Of a stretch of 64,000 nucleotides of DNA, positions 41,099 to 50,301 are shown piece by piece; the first letter of the stretch is position 1, and each line of letters starts with the position of its first letter. Source of the DNA: Limnohabitans sp. Lineage in GTDB: Bacteria > Pseudomonadota > Gammaproteobacteria > Burkholderiales > Burkholderiaceae_C. The notes under the pieces are model-generated. The model saw nothing but the letters and a program-made list of their open reading frames with translations, was not told the DNA's origin and searched no databases. Where the stretch lies: the NCBI GenBank assembly GCA_044233865.1, contig JBIIJK010000001.1:38465-102464 (forward strand), in the 5' to 3' direction. A program made the translations under genes and the position numbers.

Positions 41099-41800
41099 CT
41101 ACCACGCAGCATGAAAATTCTGACGCAGCTCTTCGATGTGTGCATCCGATAAATTCTCAAGTGCTTGAGAACCTGCCATTTGTACAAGCTTAGCCGTCTC
41201 TTCTAATTCTTCCAGAGCGGCCATAGCGCTGCTCAAATCTTGATGCCAAACGTTGGGCCCAAGTTTGGACAACATCACAGCGCGAATCGGTGTGTCTAAT
41301 TGGGCGTAGTGAAGAATGGCATCTGCCACTGCATCTGCCGCCATGGGGTCGCCAGGCCGGAAATAAGGGATCAAGGGCACGTGCCCCACTTTCATGACAA
41401 AGTAGGGCGTGATGGGCGGCAGAAGCTCGGGACCCTTTGAGCTCAAACTCAAAGAAACACAATGGGTGCTGTGGGTGTGAATCACACATTGAGCTGGCCA
41501 ACTGCCCAGTGCATGGTCGGTGGCCTCGTAAATTTTACGGTGTAGCGCCATCGTTTTGCTGGCGCGTTTGCCACTCAACTGCTGGCCTTGCGCATCTAGC
41601 AAAGCCAAATCGGCAGGTTCTAAAAAGCCCAGACATGCGTCTGTGGGTGTGATCAAGAGGCCGTCTTCTAGTCGCACACTGATATTTCCTGCAGTGGCGT
41701 GCACATAGCCTCTGTCAAACAAGCTTTGACCCACGCGGCAAATTTCTTCGCGGGCCTGCGCTTCTGTGAGATGCAGCGTCTGATTTTGTCTGTTGCTCAT
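41099..41800 (-). CDS. otnC: class II aldolase/adducin-family decarboxylase (3-oxo-tetronate 4-phosphate decarboxylase)
   Basis: ICRVGQSLFDRGYVHATAGNISVRL and HTHS metal ligands. The ATG at 41800 overlaps the otnK stop (ATGA), so the listed 41911 start is unlikely. Confidence 0.8.
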   Translation of the reverse strand: MSNRQNQTLHLTEAQAREEICRVGQSLFDRGYVHATAGNISVRLEDGLLITPTDACLGFLEPADLALLDAQGQQLSGKRASKTMALHRKIYEATDHALGSWPAQCVIHTHSTHCVSLSLSSKGPELLPPITPYFVMKVGHVPLIPYFRPGDPMAADAVADAILHYAQLDTPIRAVMLSKLGPNVWHQDLSSAMAALEELEETAKLVQMAGSQALENLSDAHIEELRQNFHAAW

Positions 41801-43077
41801 GCGCATGTCTCCGACAAAAGCTTCAAGGCCTTGGTAAAAAAATCGGGCGTTCCAAAATTGCCGGACTTTAAAGTGAGGTGCCCTGCCGCATGTTGTGGCG
41901 CATAACACCAAGGCACACCCGGATCAATTTGTGGGCCAATTTGCATTTGCGAAATATTCAAAGCTTGAACGCAAGCCCCCGAAGTTTCTCCGCCCGCAAT
42001 GACCCATTGCTTCACTCCCAATTGCAACAAGCCCACGCTGACTTGCGCCAAGGCAGACTCCATCCATTCACCCGCTTGCTCGCGCCCAAACTTGGCCTGC
42101 ACTTGTTGCAATGTGTCGGCATCGGTGGTGGCATAAATGAGAACAGGTCCTTTGCCAAGCAAGGGCTGAGCCCAAGCCAAAGCTTGCGCCACTTGGGATT
42201 TGATCTGTGCAGGCACATCGTGGGAAGACCAGCTTAAGGGCTTGAACTGCCAGTTAGGCAAGCCCAAACTTTGGTAGTGCGCCACTTGCCCTTGCGTCGC
42301 AATAGAGCAACTGCCAGACACGATGGCCTGATGACCGGTGGCTTTGGGCAGCGCGGCTGCACTGGCCGATGCGTGCAAGTTCCAATTGGCAGGCAAGCCA
42401 ATGGCCACGCCCGAGCCTGCAGTGACCAAGGGCATTTTTTTCAAGGCGGGTCCAAGCGTTTTTAAGTCTTCATTGCTGGTGGCATCGACAATGGCCACGC
42501 CCACGCCATCGGCTTGGAGTTGCTTTATTTTTTCACTGATGGCAGCACTGCCCTTGGCCATCACGGTGTGATCGATCAAGCCAACTTTCCGCTTGGTTTG
42601 CGCTTGCATCACGCGAACCAAATTGGCATCGGTCATGGGGGTGAGCGGATGGTTTTGCATGCCGCTTTCATTCAAGAGCACGGCCCCGGCAAACAAATAG
42701 CCTTTGAATACCGTTCGGCCGTTGTCTGGGAATGCCGGTGTGGCAATGGTGAATTGGCAATCAAGCGCCTCCATCAAGGCCTCTGTCACAGGACCGATGT
42801 TGCCCGCAGGGGTGCTGTCAAAGGTTGAGCAGTATTTGAAATAGATTTGTTCTGCGCCTTGCGCCTGAAGCCATTGAAGGGCTTCGAGAGATTGTGCAAT
42901 GGCTTCCTTGGCGGGTAGGGTGCGAGATTTCAAAGCCACGACCACCGCGTCGACATCAGAAGACAGCGCAGCTTGCGGCACACCAAAAGTTTGCATCACC
43001 CGCATCCCGGAGCGAACCAAATTGTTGGCCAAGTCTGTAGCCCCCGTGAAGTCGTCCGCAATGCAACCCAATTTCAT
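41797..43077 (-). CDS. otnK: four-carbon acid sugar kinase (DUF1537), 3-oxo-tetronate kinase
   Basis: 426 aa. MKLGCIADDFTGATDLANNL is the hallmark N-terminus of the DUF1537 kinase family. Confidence 0.85.
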   Translation of the reverse strand: MKLGCIADDFTGATDLANNLVRSGMRVMQTFGVPQAALSSDVDAVVVALKSRTLPAKEAIAQSLEALQWLQAQGAEQIYFKYCSTFDSTPAGNIGPVTEALMEALDCQFTIATPAFPDNGRTVFKGYLFAGAVLLNESGMQNHPLTPMTDANLVRVMQAQTKRKVGLIDHTVMAKGSAAISEKIKQLQADGVGVAIVDATSNEDLKTLGPALKKMPLVTAGSGVAIGLPANWNLHASASAAALPKATGHQAIVSGSCSIATQGQVAHYQSLGLPNWQFKPLSWSSHDVPAQIKSQVAQALAWAQPLLGKGPVLIYATTDADTLQQVQAKFGREQAGEWMESALAQVSVGLLQLGVKQWVIAGGETSGACVQALNISQMQIGPQIDPGVPWCYAPQHAAGHLTLKSGNFGTPDFFTKALKLLSETCA

Positions 43078-43139
43078 GTTGTCTCGCCTTTGATCGTTCG
43101 CTCAGTTCAAGCTGCAAATATTGGAATTTTGCGAGCCGT

Positions 43140-44048
43140 TTATTTGGCTTTAGGCAAGTCAATGCCTGGGAAAATTTTGATCACAGCGCTGTCATCTTCT
43201 TTGGCAAAACCAGCGGTGCTGGCTTGCATGAACATTTGATGCGCGGTGCTAGAAAGTGGCAGTGGAAATTTGCTGGCGCGCGCCATGTCCAACACCAGAC
43301 CTAAGTCTTTGACAAAGATATCAACAGCAGACAAAGGCGTGTAGTCAGCAGCCAACACATGCGCCATGCGATTTTCAAACATCCAGCTGTTGCCTGCGCT
43401 GTTTGTAATGACTTCGTAAAGTGCATGGGGGTCAACGCCTTCGCGCAAACCCAAGGCCATGGCCTCTGCAGCCGCGGCAATGTGAACGCCTGCCAGCAGC
43501 TGGTTGATGATTTTGACTTTGCTGCCGGCGCCTGCGCTGTCGCCTAATTTGTAAACCTTGGCGGCCATGGCATTGAGAAAAGATTCTGCCTTGGCATAGG
43601 CCGCAGGCGTGCCAGCTGTCATCATGGTCATTTGACCTGAGGCTGCTTTGGCAGCGCCGCCAGAGATAGGCGCATCGATGTAGAGAAGACCTTTGTCGTT
43701 TAACTTTTTCTCAAGGCCGACTGAGAAGGCGGGCTCGACGGTAGAGCACATGACAAAGACGCTGCCAGGCTTAAGGTGGCTGGCGCAGCCAGATGTTGGC
43801 GTGCCATCTCCAAACAACACCGATTCGGTTTGTGCGGCATTGACCACCACAGATACCAAAATGTCAGACGTTGCAGCGATCGCTTCTAGGGAAGCGCAAG
43901 CGACCCCGCCTTCAACAGCAAATTTTTGCGCTACTTCTGCGCGAACATCGAAGACATTCACAACATGACCGGCACGGCGCAATGATTGCGCCATGCCCAT
44001 GCCCATGGCGCCTAAGCCAATGACACCGACAGACAAATTGGCGTTCAT
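43140..44048 (-). CDS. ltnD: beta-hydroxyacid dehydrogenase family, L-threonate dehydrogenase-like
   Basis: VGVIGLGAMGMGMA Rossmann motif and HIBADH-like fold. The ATG at 44048 is preceded by AGGAG. Cluster context with otnK/C/I. Confidence 0.75.
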   Translation of the reverse strand: MNANLSVGVIGLGAMGMGMAQSLRRAGHVVNVFDVRAEVAQKFAVEGGVACASLEAIAATSDILVSVVVNAAQTESVLFGDGTPTSGCASHLKPGSVFVMCSTVEPAFSVGLEKKLNDKGLLYIDAPISGGAAKAASGQMTMMTAGTPAAYAKAESFLNAMAAKVYKLGDSAGAGSKVKIINQLLAGVHIAAAAEAMALGLREGVDPHALYEVITNSAGNSWMFENRMAHVLAADYTPLSAVDIFVKDLGLVLDMARASKFPLPLSSTAHQMFMQASTAGFAKEDDSAVIKIFPGIDLPKAK

Positions 44049-44052
44049 GCGA

Positions 44053-45057
44053 TTATTCTCCTGCAACCGTGAGCATGATTTTGCCGATGTGCTGCGATGA
44101 CTCCATCAATGCGTGAGCCTGCGCTGCATCTTTCAAATCGAAAACTTGGTAAATAACGGGCGCGACGTCGCCAGCCTCTAGCAAGGGCCACACTTGCGCA
44201 TGCAATTCATTGGCAATTTGCGCTTTGTCTTGCGCACTGCGTGGACGCAAAGTGGAGCCTGTGAAAGTGAGGCGCTTGACCATGAGAGAGACCCAGTCGA
44301 CTTCGACTTTGGAGGGCTGTAAAAAAGCAATTTGAAGCAAGCGGCCTTCGATAGCCAGGGCGCGCAAATTGCGCTGCATGTAGCTGCCGCCCACCATGTC
44401 CAAAATGGCATTCACACCGGCTTGATCGGTGAGTTTGAGCACTTCTTCGACAAAGTCTTGGGTCTTGTAATCGATGGCCGCATGTGCGCCCACTTTCAAG
44501 CAGGCGGCCACCTTGTCGGAATTGCCAACGGTGCAAAATACTTTGGCGCCAAAAGCATGGGCCAGTTGAATGGCGGTTAAGCCAATGCCAGAAGACCCGC
44601 CGTGAACCAAAATGCTTTCACCCGACTTCAATTTTCCGCGCTGAAAAACATTGGTCCAAACAGTGAAAAAGTTTTCAGGCAGCGCTGCAGCTTGCAGCAT
44701 AGAGAAACCTTTGGGAATGGGCAGCGCTTGTCCCTCGGGCACAGTGACAAATTCTGCATACGCACCGCCGTTGGTGAGCGCACAAACCTTGTCGCCCAAA
44801 CGCCACTTGCTAACGCCTTCTCCCAGTGCCACCACTTCACCCGAAACTTCTAAGCCCACAATGCTGGACGCGCCAGCAGGTGGCGGATAACGACCGCTGC
44901 GTTGCAAACAGTCAGGGCGATTGACCCCCGCATAGGCGACCTTGACCAAGACCTCACCGACTTTGGGTGTGGGTGTTGCACAGGTGCTGGGCGTTAAAAC
45001 TTCAGGCCCTCCGCCGGTACCGTGGTCAACAAAATGCATGGTGCTTGGAATTGGCAT
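44053..45057 (-). CDS. NAD(P)H:quinone oxidoreductase (MDR superfamily, PIG3-like)
   Basis: 334 aa. Has a GroES-like N-terminal domain (EVLVKVAYAGVNRPD) and the nucleotide motif VHGGSSGIG. Confidence 0.85.
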   Translation of the reverse strand: MPIPSTMHFVDHGTGGGPEVLTPSTCATPTPKVGEVLVKVAYAGVNRPDCLQRSGRYPPPAGASSIVGLEVSGEVVALGEGVSKWRLGDKVCALTNGGAYAEFVTVPEGQALPIPKGFSMLQAAALPENFFTVWTNVFQRGKLKSGESILVHGGSSGIGLTAIQLAHAFGAKVFCTVGNSDKVAACLKVGAHAAIDYKTQDFVEEVLKLTDQAGVNAILDMVGGSYMQRNLRALAIEGRLLQIAFLQPSKVEVDWVSLMVKRLTFTGSTLRPRSAQDKAQIANELHAQVWPLLEAGDVAPVIYQVFDLKDAAQAHALMESSQHIGKIMLTVAGE

Positions 45058-45090
45058 GTAATTCTTTCTGCTGTGAGTGTGGTTGGTGAG

Positions 45091-45672
45091 CTATCGCTGC
45101 AATTTGAAGACAGCGGTACCCGCCATCAGGTTAGGCCATAACCTGACTTCTTGGCCTTCTTGCAAGCCAAAACTGTCGATGATTTTCAATTGATTTTGCA
45201 ATGCCAACTGTTCGAAATCGGCGAAGGTGCCAACACGAATGTTGGGAGTGTCGTACCACTGGAAAGGCAGTCGTTTGGTGACCGGCATACTGCCTGTCAA
45301 AATGCTCAAGCGATTGGGCCAGTGTGCAAAATTAGGGAATGCCAAAATACCGTTGTGTCCCACGCGAACGGTTTCGCGCAACATCACCTCGGCATTGCGC
45401 AAATGTTGAAGCGTGTCAATTTGCAAAACCACATCAAAGGATTGGTCTGCAAACATATTGAGGCCTTCATCCAGATTCAATTGAATGACGTTGACGCCGC
45501 GTTTGACACAAGCTTGAATATTCCGATCGTCAATTTCAACGCCATACCCCGAGCAACCGCGATGCTTTTGCAAGTAATCAAGCAAGGCACCGTCGCCACA
45601 GCCTAAGTCTAAAACGCGCGAGCCTTTGGGTACCAAGCGCGCTATGGCTTGCAGGTTGACATGCTCGCTCAT
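45091..45672 (-). CDS. metW: methionine biosynthesis protein MetW
   Basis: 193 aa. SAM-MTase-like [12 protein letters not shown]. Overlaps and follows metX. Confidence 0.9.
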   Translation of the reverse strand: MSEHVNLQAIARLVPKGSRVLDLGCGDGALLDYLQKHRGCSGYGVEIDDRNIQACVKRGVNVIQLNLDEGLNMFADQSFDVVLQIDTLQHLRNAEVMLRETVRVGHNGILAFPNFAHWPNRLSILTGSMPVTKRLPFQWYDTPNIRVGTFADFEQLALQNQLKIIDSFGLQEGQEVRLWPNLMAGTAVFKLQR

Positions 45673-46826
45673 TTGGCACCTCTTGCTGGGTGGTCAATTG
45701 CCATGTTGTCAAAGTAAGAGCGCACCACATTCAGGTAGCGCTCGTCGTTCAACAAGAAGGCGTCATGGCCATGCGGCGCATCAATTTCTGCGTAGCTCAC
45801 ATCGCGTTTGTTGTCGAGCAAGGCGCGAACCATTTCGCGGCTTCGCTTAGGTGAGAAGCGCCAGTCGGTGGTAAAGCTGACCAGTAAAAATTGACAAGTG
45901 GCTTTGGCCAAAGCGCTTGTAAGATTGCCGCCCAGTGTGCGAGCTGGATCAAAATAATCCAAGGCCCGAGTAATCAGAAGGTAGGTGTTGGCATCAAAGT
46001 ACTCACTGAACTTGTCGCCTTGATGGCGCAAGTAACTTTCGATTTGAAACTCGACGTCTTGTGTGGAGTAGCGATAGCCTGTGGCGTTGTGCGTGACGGC
46101 ATCTCGCAGTTCACGGCCAAACTTTTCATTCATGACATCGTCGCTTAAATAAGTGATGTGGCCAATCATTCGCGCAATGCGCAGACCTCGCGCGGGCACG
46201 ACCTTGTGCTTGTAAAAATGGCCACCATGAAAGTCAGGGTCGGTGACGATGGCGCGCCTCGCCACCTCATTGAAAGCGATGTTCTCGGCGGTGAGGTTGG
46301 GCGCACTTGCGACCACCACGGCATGGGCTACGCGTTGTGGATAGCGCAGTGTCCAAGAGAGCGCTTGCATGCCGCCCAAGCTGCCGCCCATGACCGCTGC
46401 CAAAGTTTGAATGCCCAAAGCATCGAGCAGTCTGGCTTGCGCGTCGACCCAGTCTTCTACGGTGACAACCGGAAAATCAGCGCCGTAAATTTCACCTGTG
46501 TCAGGGTGCGCATGCATGGGGCCGGTAGAGCCAAAACATGAGCCCAGGTTGTTCACGCCAATGACAAAGAAACGGTTTGTATCGACAGATTTTCCAGGGC
46601 CAATCATGTTGTCCCACCAGCCTTCACTTTTGTCTTGGCCTTCGTAGACACCCGCGACATGGTGCGACGCATTCAACGCGTGGCAAATGAGAACCGCATT
46701 GGATTTGTCGGCGTTGAGCGTGCCGTAAGTCTCGAAGGCCAACTGATAGGCGCGGATAGAGGCGCCACTTTGCAAAGCAAGTGGTGCTTCAAAAAACATC
46801 GACTGAGACTTAGCGATCAATGGCAT
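45669..46826 (-). CDS. metX: homoserine O-acyltransferase (MetX; O-succinyl- or O-acetyl-)
   Basis: 385 aa alpha/beta hydrolase with nucleophile motif GGSLGGMQA, paired with metW. Confidence 0.93.
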   Translation of the reverse strand: MPLIAKSQSMFFEAPLALQSGASIRAYQLAFETYGTLNADKSNAVLICHALNASHHVAGVYEGQDKSEGWWDNMIGPGKSVDTNRFFVIGVNNLGSCFGSTGPMHAHPDTGEIYGADFPVVTVEDWVDAQARLLDALGIQTLAAVMGGSLGGMQALSWTLRYPQRVAHAVVVASAPNLTAENIAFNEVARRAIVTDPDFHGGHFYKHKVVPARGLRIARMIGHITYLSDDVMNEKFGRELRDAVTHNATGYRYSTQDVEFQIESYLRHQGDKFSEYFDANTYLLITRALDYFDPARTLGGNLTSALAKATCQFLLVSFTTDWRFSPKRSREMVRALLDNKRDVSYAEIDAPHGHDAFLLNDERYLNVVRSYFDNMAIDHPARGAK

Positions 46827-46869
46827 GAAGAGGTCAACCCCAAAAACGGTTCAGCGAATTATCGGTGCA

Positions 46870-47511
46870 TTAAAGCTTGGCCGGCGCGTTGTGGTTGGCG
46901 ATGGCTTTTGGGGGTGCTTCAACAGGTGCTTCATTTTTTTCAAGGCTTGCAGGCCCCCCCCACAAGGCCAAGCCACCAAGCACGGCAAAAACCACCGCAG
47001 ATATTCTATGTATCCACTTGAGCGAAACTCTGCGCGTGATGACATCACCCAACCAAACCACAGGTGCATTGGCCAGCATCATGCCCAAGGTGGTGCCTGC
47101 CACCACCCAAAACCAGCTGTTGAATTGAGCGGCCAACATCACGGTGGCCACTTGTGTTTTGTCGCCCATTTCGGCAATGAAGAAGGCCACAACCGTCGTC
47201 GCAAAAATGCCAAATCGCGGACTTTTTTCTTGTTCCTCGTCATCCAGCTTGTCTGGAACCAAAATCCAAACGGCCATGGCTAAAAAGGAGCCGCCTAAAA
47301 CCCAGCGCAAAGCATCTGGCCCAAGCTGAGTGGTCACCCAACTGCCTAGAGCGCCAGCCAAGCCGTGGTTCATGAGCGTGGCGACCAAAATGCCCCACAC
47401 AATGGGCCAAGGTTTGCAAAAGCGAGCCGCTAAAACCAAGGACAAAAGTTGTGTTTTGTCGCCCATTTCGGCCAGGGCAACGATACCGGTAGAGACGAGA
47501 AATGCTTCCAT
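46870..47511 (-). CDS. UPF0016 (TMEM165/GDT1) family cation transporter
   Basis: Carries two E-x-G-D-K-T motifs (AEMGDKTQ twice). I prefer the ATG at 47511 (MEAFLVSTG) because the listed extension to 47583 would cover the amt promoter. Confidence 0.85.
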   Translation of the reverse strand: MEAFLVSTGIVALAEMGDKTQLLSLVLAARFCKPWPIVWGILVATLMNHGLAGALGSWVTTQLGPDALRWVLGGSFLAMAVWILVPDKLDDEEQEKSPRFGIFATTVVAFFIAEMGDKTQVATVMLAAQFNSWFWVVAGTTLGMMLANAPVVWLGDVITRRVSLKWIHRISAVVFAVLGGLALWGGPASLEKNEAPVEAPPKAIANHNAPAKL

Positions 47512-47544
47512 GAGTCCATCATATAGACCGTGCAAGACCAAATT

Positions 47545-47560
47545 TGGCGCGTTTTTTGCT
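47545..47560 (+). promoter_or_regulatory. candidate sigma54 (-24/-12) promoter for amt
   Basis: TGGCGCGTTTTTTGCT matches TGGCACG-N4-TTGCW, with the GG-N10-GC spacing exact. It lies 72 nt upstream of the amt ATG on the same strand. Confidence 0.5.
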
Positions 47561-47631
47561 TGATTTTGGTGCGAGATGACCATGCATGGATTTTTTGCAC
47601 CAAATTAATTCAAAAATAAGTAGAGATCGAT

Positions 47632-48834
47632 ATGGAAGCACTAAAACAGGGCGCGGATGCGCTCTTTATTTTGTTGGGCGGCATCATGGTGCTGGCCATG
47701 CACGCGGGATTTGCCTTTTTGGAGTTGGGCACCGTTCGCAAGAAAAATCAGGTCAATGCCCTGGTCAAAATCTTGGTCGACTTTTCAGTTTCGACGGTGG
47801 TTTATTTTGTCGTCGGTTACAGCGTCGCCTACGGTACTCACTTTTTTGTGGGCGCAGAGCAATTGGCTGCAAAAAATGGCTACGACTTGGTCAAATTCTT
47901 TTTTCTATTGACCTTTGCAGCCGCCATCCCTGCCATTGTTTCTGGGGGCATTGCTGAGCGTGCTAAGTTTTGGCCACAACTGATCGCCACGGCTTGCATT
48001 GTGGGTTTTGTGTATCCATTTTTTGAAGGCATTGTTTGGAACCAGCACTTTGGAGTGCAGGCTTGGATCAAGGCCACCACTGGCGAAGAGTTTCACGATT
48101 TTGCGGGTTCCGTGGTGGTTCATGCCATGGGTGGTTGGATCGCACTGCCTGCCGTGATCTTGTTAGGTGCACGCTACAACCGCTACAAAAAAGATGGCGC
48201 AGTGTCTGCGCATCCGCCTTCTAACATTCCTTTTTTGGCCTTGGGCGCATGGATTTTGATCGTGGGCTGGTTTGGTTTTAACGTCATGAGTGCTCAAACA
48301 CTCGACAAAATTTCTGGTTTGGTGGCGGTCAATTCATTGATGGCCATGGTCGGTGGCACATTGGCCGCTTTGCTATTGGGCAGGAACGATCCAGGCTTTG
48401 TGCACAACGGGCCTTTGGCTGGGCTGGTTGCAGTGTGCGCGGGCTCTGATCTGATGCATCCCTTTGGCGCCCTGGCTGTGGGCGCCGTGGCAGGCGCACT
48501 GTTTGTGGTGATGTTTACCTTGACACAAAACAAATGGAAGATAGATGACGTTCTGGGTGTTTGGCCCTTGCACGGAATTTGCGGCGCTTGGGGCGGCATT
48601 GCAGCTGGTATTTTTGGCCTGCAATCGTTTGGTGGTTTGGGTGGCGTGAGTTTTCAGGCCCAACTTATTGGTACAACGCTCGGCGTGGCTTGGGCCCTGA
48701 TTGGGGGTGTTTTGATTTACGGCATTTTGAAAATGACCATGGGTCTCAAAATGACGCCAGAAGAAGAATACGAGGGCGCGGACCTGACGGTTCACAAAAT
48801 CAGTGCCGCCCCAGACCGCGAAGCCAGCTGGTAA
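47632..48834 (+). CDS. amt: ammonium transporter
   Basis: 400 aa Amt/MEP family protein (FAGSVVVHAMGGW, GVWPLHGICGAWGG). Confidence 0.93.
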   Translation: MEALKQGADALFILLGGIMVLAMHAGFAFLELGTVRKKNQVNALVKILVDFSVSTVVYFVVGYSVAYGTHFFVGAEQLAAKNGYDLVKFFFLLTFAAAIPAIVSGGIAERAKFWPQLIATACIVGFVYPFFEGIVWNQHFGVQAWIKATTGEEFHDFAGSVVVHAMGGWIALPAVILLGARYNRYKKDGAVSAHPPSNIPFLALGAWILIVGWFGFNVMSAQTLDKISGLVAVNSLMAMVGGTLAALLLGRNDPGFVHNGPLAGLVAVCAGSDLMHPFGALAVGAVAGALFVVMFTLTQNKWKIDDVLGVWPLHGICGAWGGIAAGIFGLQSFGGLGGVSFQAQLIGTTLGVAWALIGGVLIYGILKMTMGLKMTPEEEYEGADLTVHKISAAPDREASW

Positions 48835-49060
48835 TTCATGAAAAACACGTCTAATCCCAAGTATTTAAAGGCCTTTCAGAGAATTTACTTGCCAAACACT
48901 TTGTTTTGTGGCCCATAATGGGTTAGCTCACGTCTTAAGGCGTGTGCTTTGTTCGCGGTGTACAGGTGTCAGTTTCGCTTCCTTCCGAGGTTTTTAGGTT
49001 TGTTGATGCGTTTTTGGGGCTCCATCGCTTTTGTTTTTGTGTTTAGAGGAGTCCCTTTCA

Positions 49061-49561
49061 ATGGGCAAAAAACTATACGTCGGCAATCTGCCGTACTCGG
49101 TTCGTGACGGCGATTTAGAGCAGGCCTTCGGCCAGTTCGGTTCAGTAACCAGCGCCAAAGTCATGATGGAACGCGACACAGGTCGCTCAAAAGGCTTCGG
49201 CTTTGTGGAAATGGGTTCTGATGAAGAAGCCCAATCTGCAATCAACGGCATGAACGGTCAGCCTTTGGGCGGTCGCAGTGTTGTTGTCAACGAAGCACGT
49301 CCCATGGAAGAGCGTCCTCCCCGTTCCGGTGGCGGTGGCTTTGGTGGCGGCGGCGGTCGTCGTGAAGGCGGTGGCGGCGGTTATGGCGGCGGCGGCGGCG
49401 GCGGTTACGGCGGTGGCGGCGGCGGTTATGGCGGCGGCGGTGGTGGTCGTCGTGAAGGCGGCGGCGAGTCCGGCTTTCGTAGCCCGTACGGCTCAGGCCC
49501 ACGTGGCGGCGGCGGTGGCAATGGTGGTGGCGGTCGTCGCGAAGGCGGCGGCGGTTATTAA
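49061..49561 (+). CDS. RRM-type RNA-binding protein with Gly/Arg/Tyr-rich C-terminal tail
   Basis: RNP2 KLYVGNLPY and RNP1 KGFGFVEM. The ATG at 49061 is preceded by GAGGAG. The C-terminal roughly 85 aa are almost entirely G with RREGGG and GGYGG repeats. Confidence 0.93.
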   Translation: MGKKLYVGNLPYSVRDGDLEQAFGQFGSVTSAKVMMERDTGRSKGFGFVEMGSDEEAQSAINGMNGQPLGGRSVVVNEARPMEERPPRSGGGGFGGGGGRREGGGGGYGGGGGGGYGGGGGGYGGGGGGRREGGGESGFRSPYGSGPRGGGGGNGGGGRREGGGGY

Positions 49562-49603
49562 TCGCTGGTTACATCTGCACTCACACTTTCGGGTGTGAGA
49601 CAC

Positions 49604-49631
49604 AAAAAAGCCCTGCATGCAGGGCTTTTTT
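49604..49631. terminator. bidirectional rho-independent terminator (RRM gene / lptC)
   Basis: AAAAAAGCCCTGCATGCAGGGCTTTTTT: a perfect palindromic GC stem flanked by an A-run and a T-run, between convergent genes. Confidence 0.85.
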
Positions 49632-49689
49632 CATGTCGGGAGCGCACAGAGTTTTTTCTGAGATGCTCGTTTTAAGAAAGAAATAGTCT

Positions 49690-50301
49690 TTAAGGTTTAG
49701 CAGCTTGGACGAGGCCCCGAACTCTGCCGCTCAATTCATATTCACCTGTTCTGCTGTTCATTTGCATTTTTTCAGCAGTGAACAGATCTTGGCCGCGCCG
49801 AACTTCAACGGGAACTTCACTCACCAAGTGCTCTTCATTGACGAACGCTTTGATTTCTTGGCTGCGCATCTCAGTTGCAGGCCGAGGCCCATTGGGGCTT
49901 GTGCTTGCGGGCTGAGAAATGTGCACGTTGCCAACCAATGTCACTTGCGTACCGTCCCCTTTAGCCAGAGCCTGATCTGCAACAGCAGTGACCTGCTGAC
50001 CCTCCTGGCTGTGTCCGCGCAGTTGCACTTTTTGAATGTCAAGCGTATCGGTGTCAGGAAAATGTTGAGCGTGCTCGCCACTTAACTCTCGCATCAGGCG
50101 GCCCTGGCTGTCAAAAGATTTGACAGAAAAAATCTGCAAAAAATAATCAGGCTCATGGCGAACCAATGGGGCAGCAGTTTCATTGAAGAAATTTGGCAGA
50201 CTTCGGACAAGCCACCAACTTCCCAAGGCAAATACGGCCATGAGAATGGCGGGCAAGTAAAGAGACAAACGATCTAGGACGCGCCGTAATGCATTCATCA
50301 T
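49690..50301 (-). CDS. lptC: LPS export system protein LptC
   Basis: 203 aa with an N-terminal TM anchor and an OstA-like fold. Follows kdsC. Confidence 0.8.
   Translation of the reverse strand: MMNALRRVLDRLSLYLPAILMAVFALGSWWLVRSLPNFFNETAAPLVRHEPDYFLQIFSVKSFDSQGRLMRELSGEHAQHFPDTDTLDIQKVQLRGHSQEGQQVTAVADQALAKGDGTQVTLVGNVHISQPASTSPNGPRPATEMRSQEIKAFVNEEHLVSEVPVEVRRGQDLFTAEKMQMNSRTGEYELSGRVRGLVQAAKP

Noticed and set aside
49309-49558. GGC/GGT-rich repetitive DNA considered as a CRISPR or VNTR-like non-coding repeat
   Set aside because: It is in frame with the RRM domain and encodes the glycine-rich tail. It has no repeat-spacer architecture.
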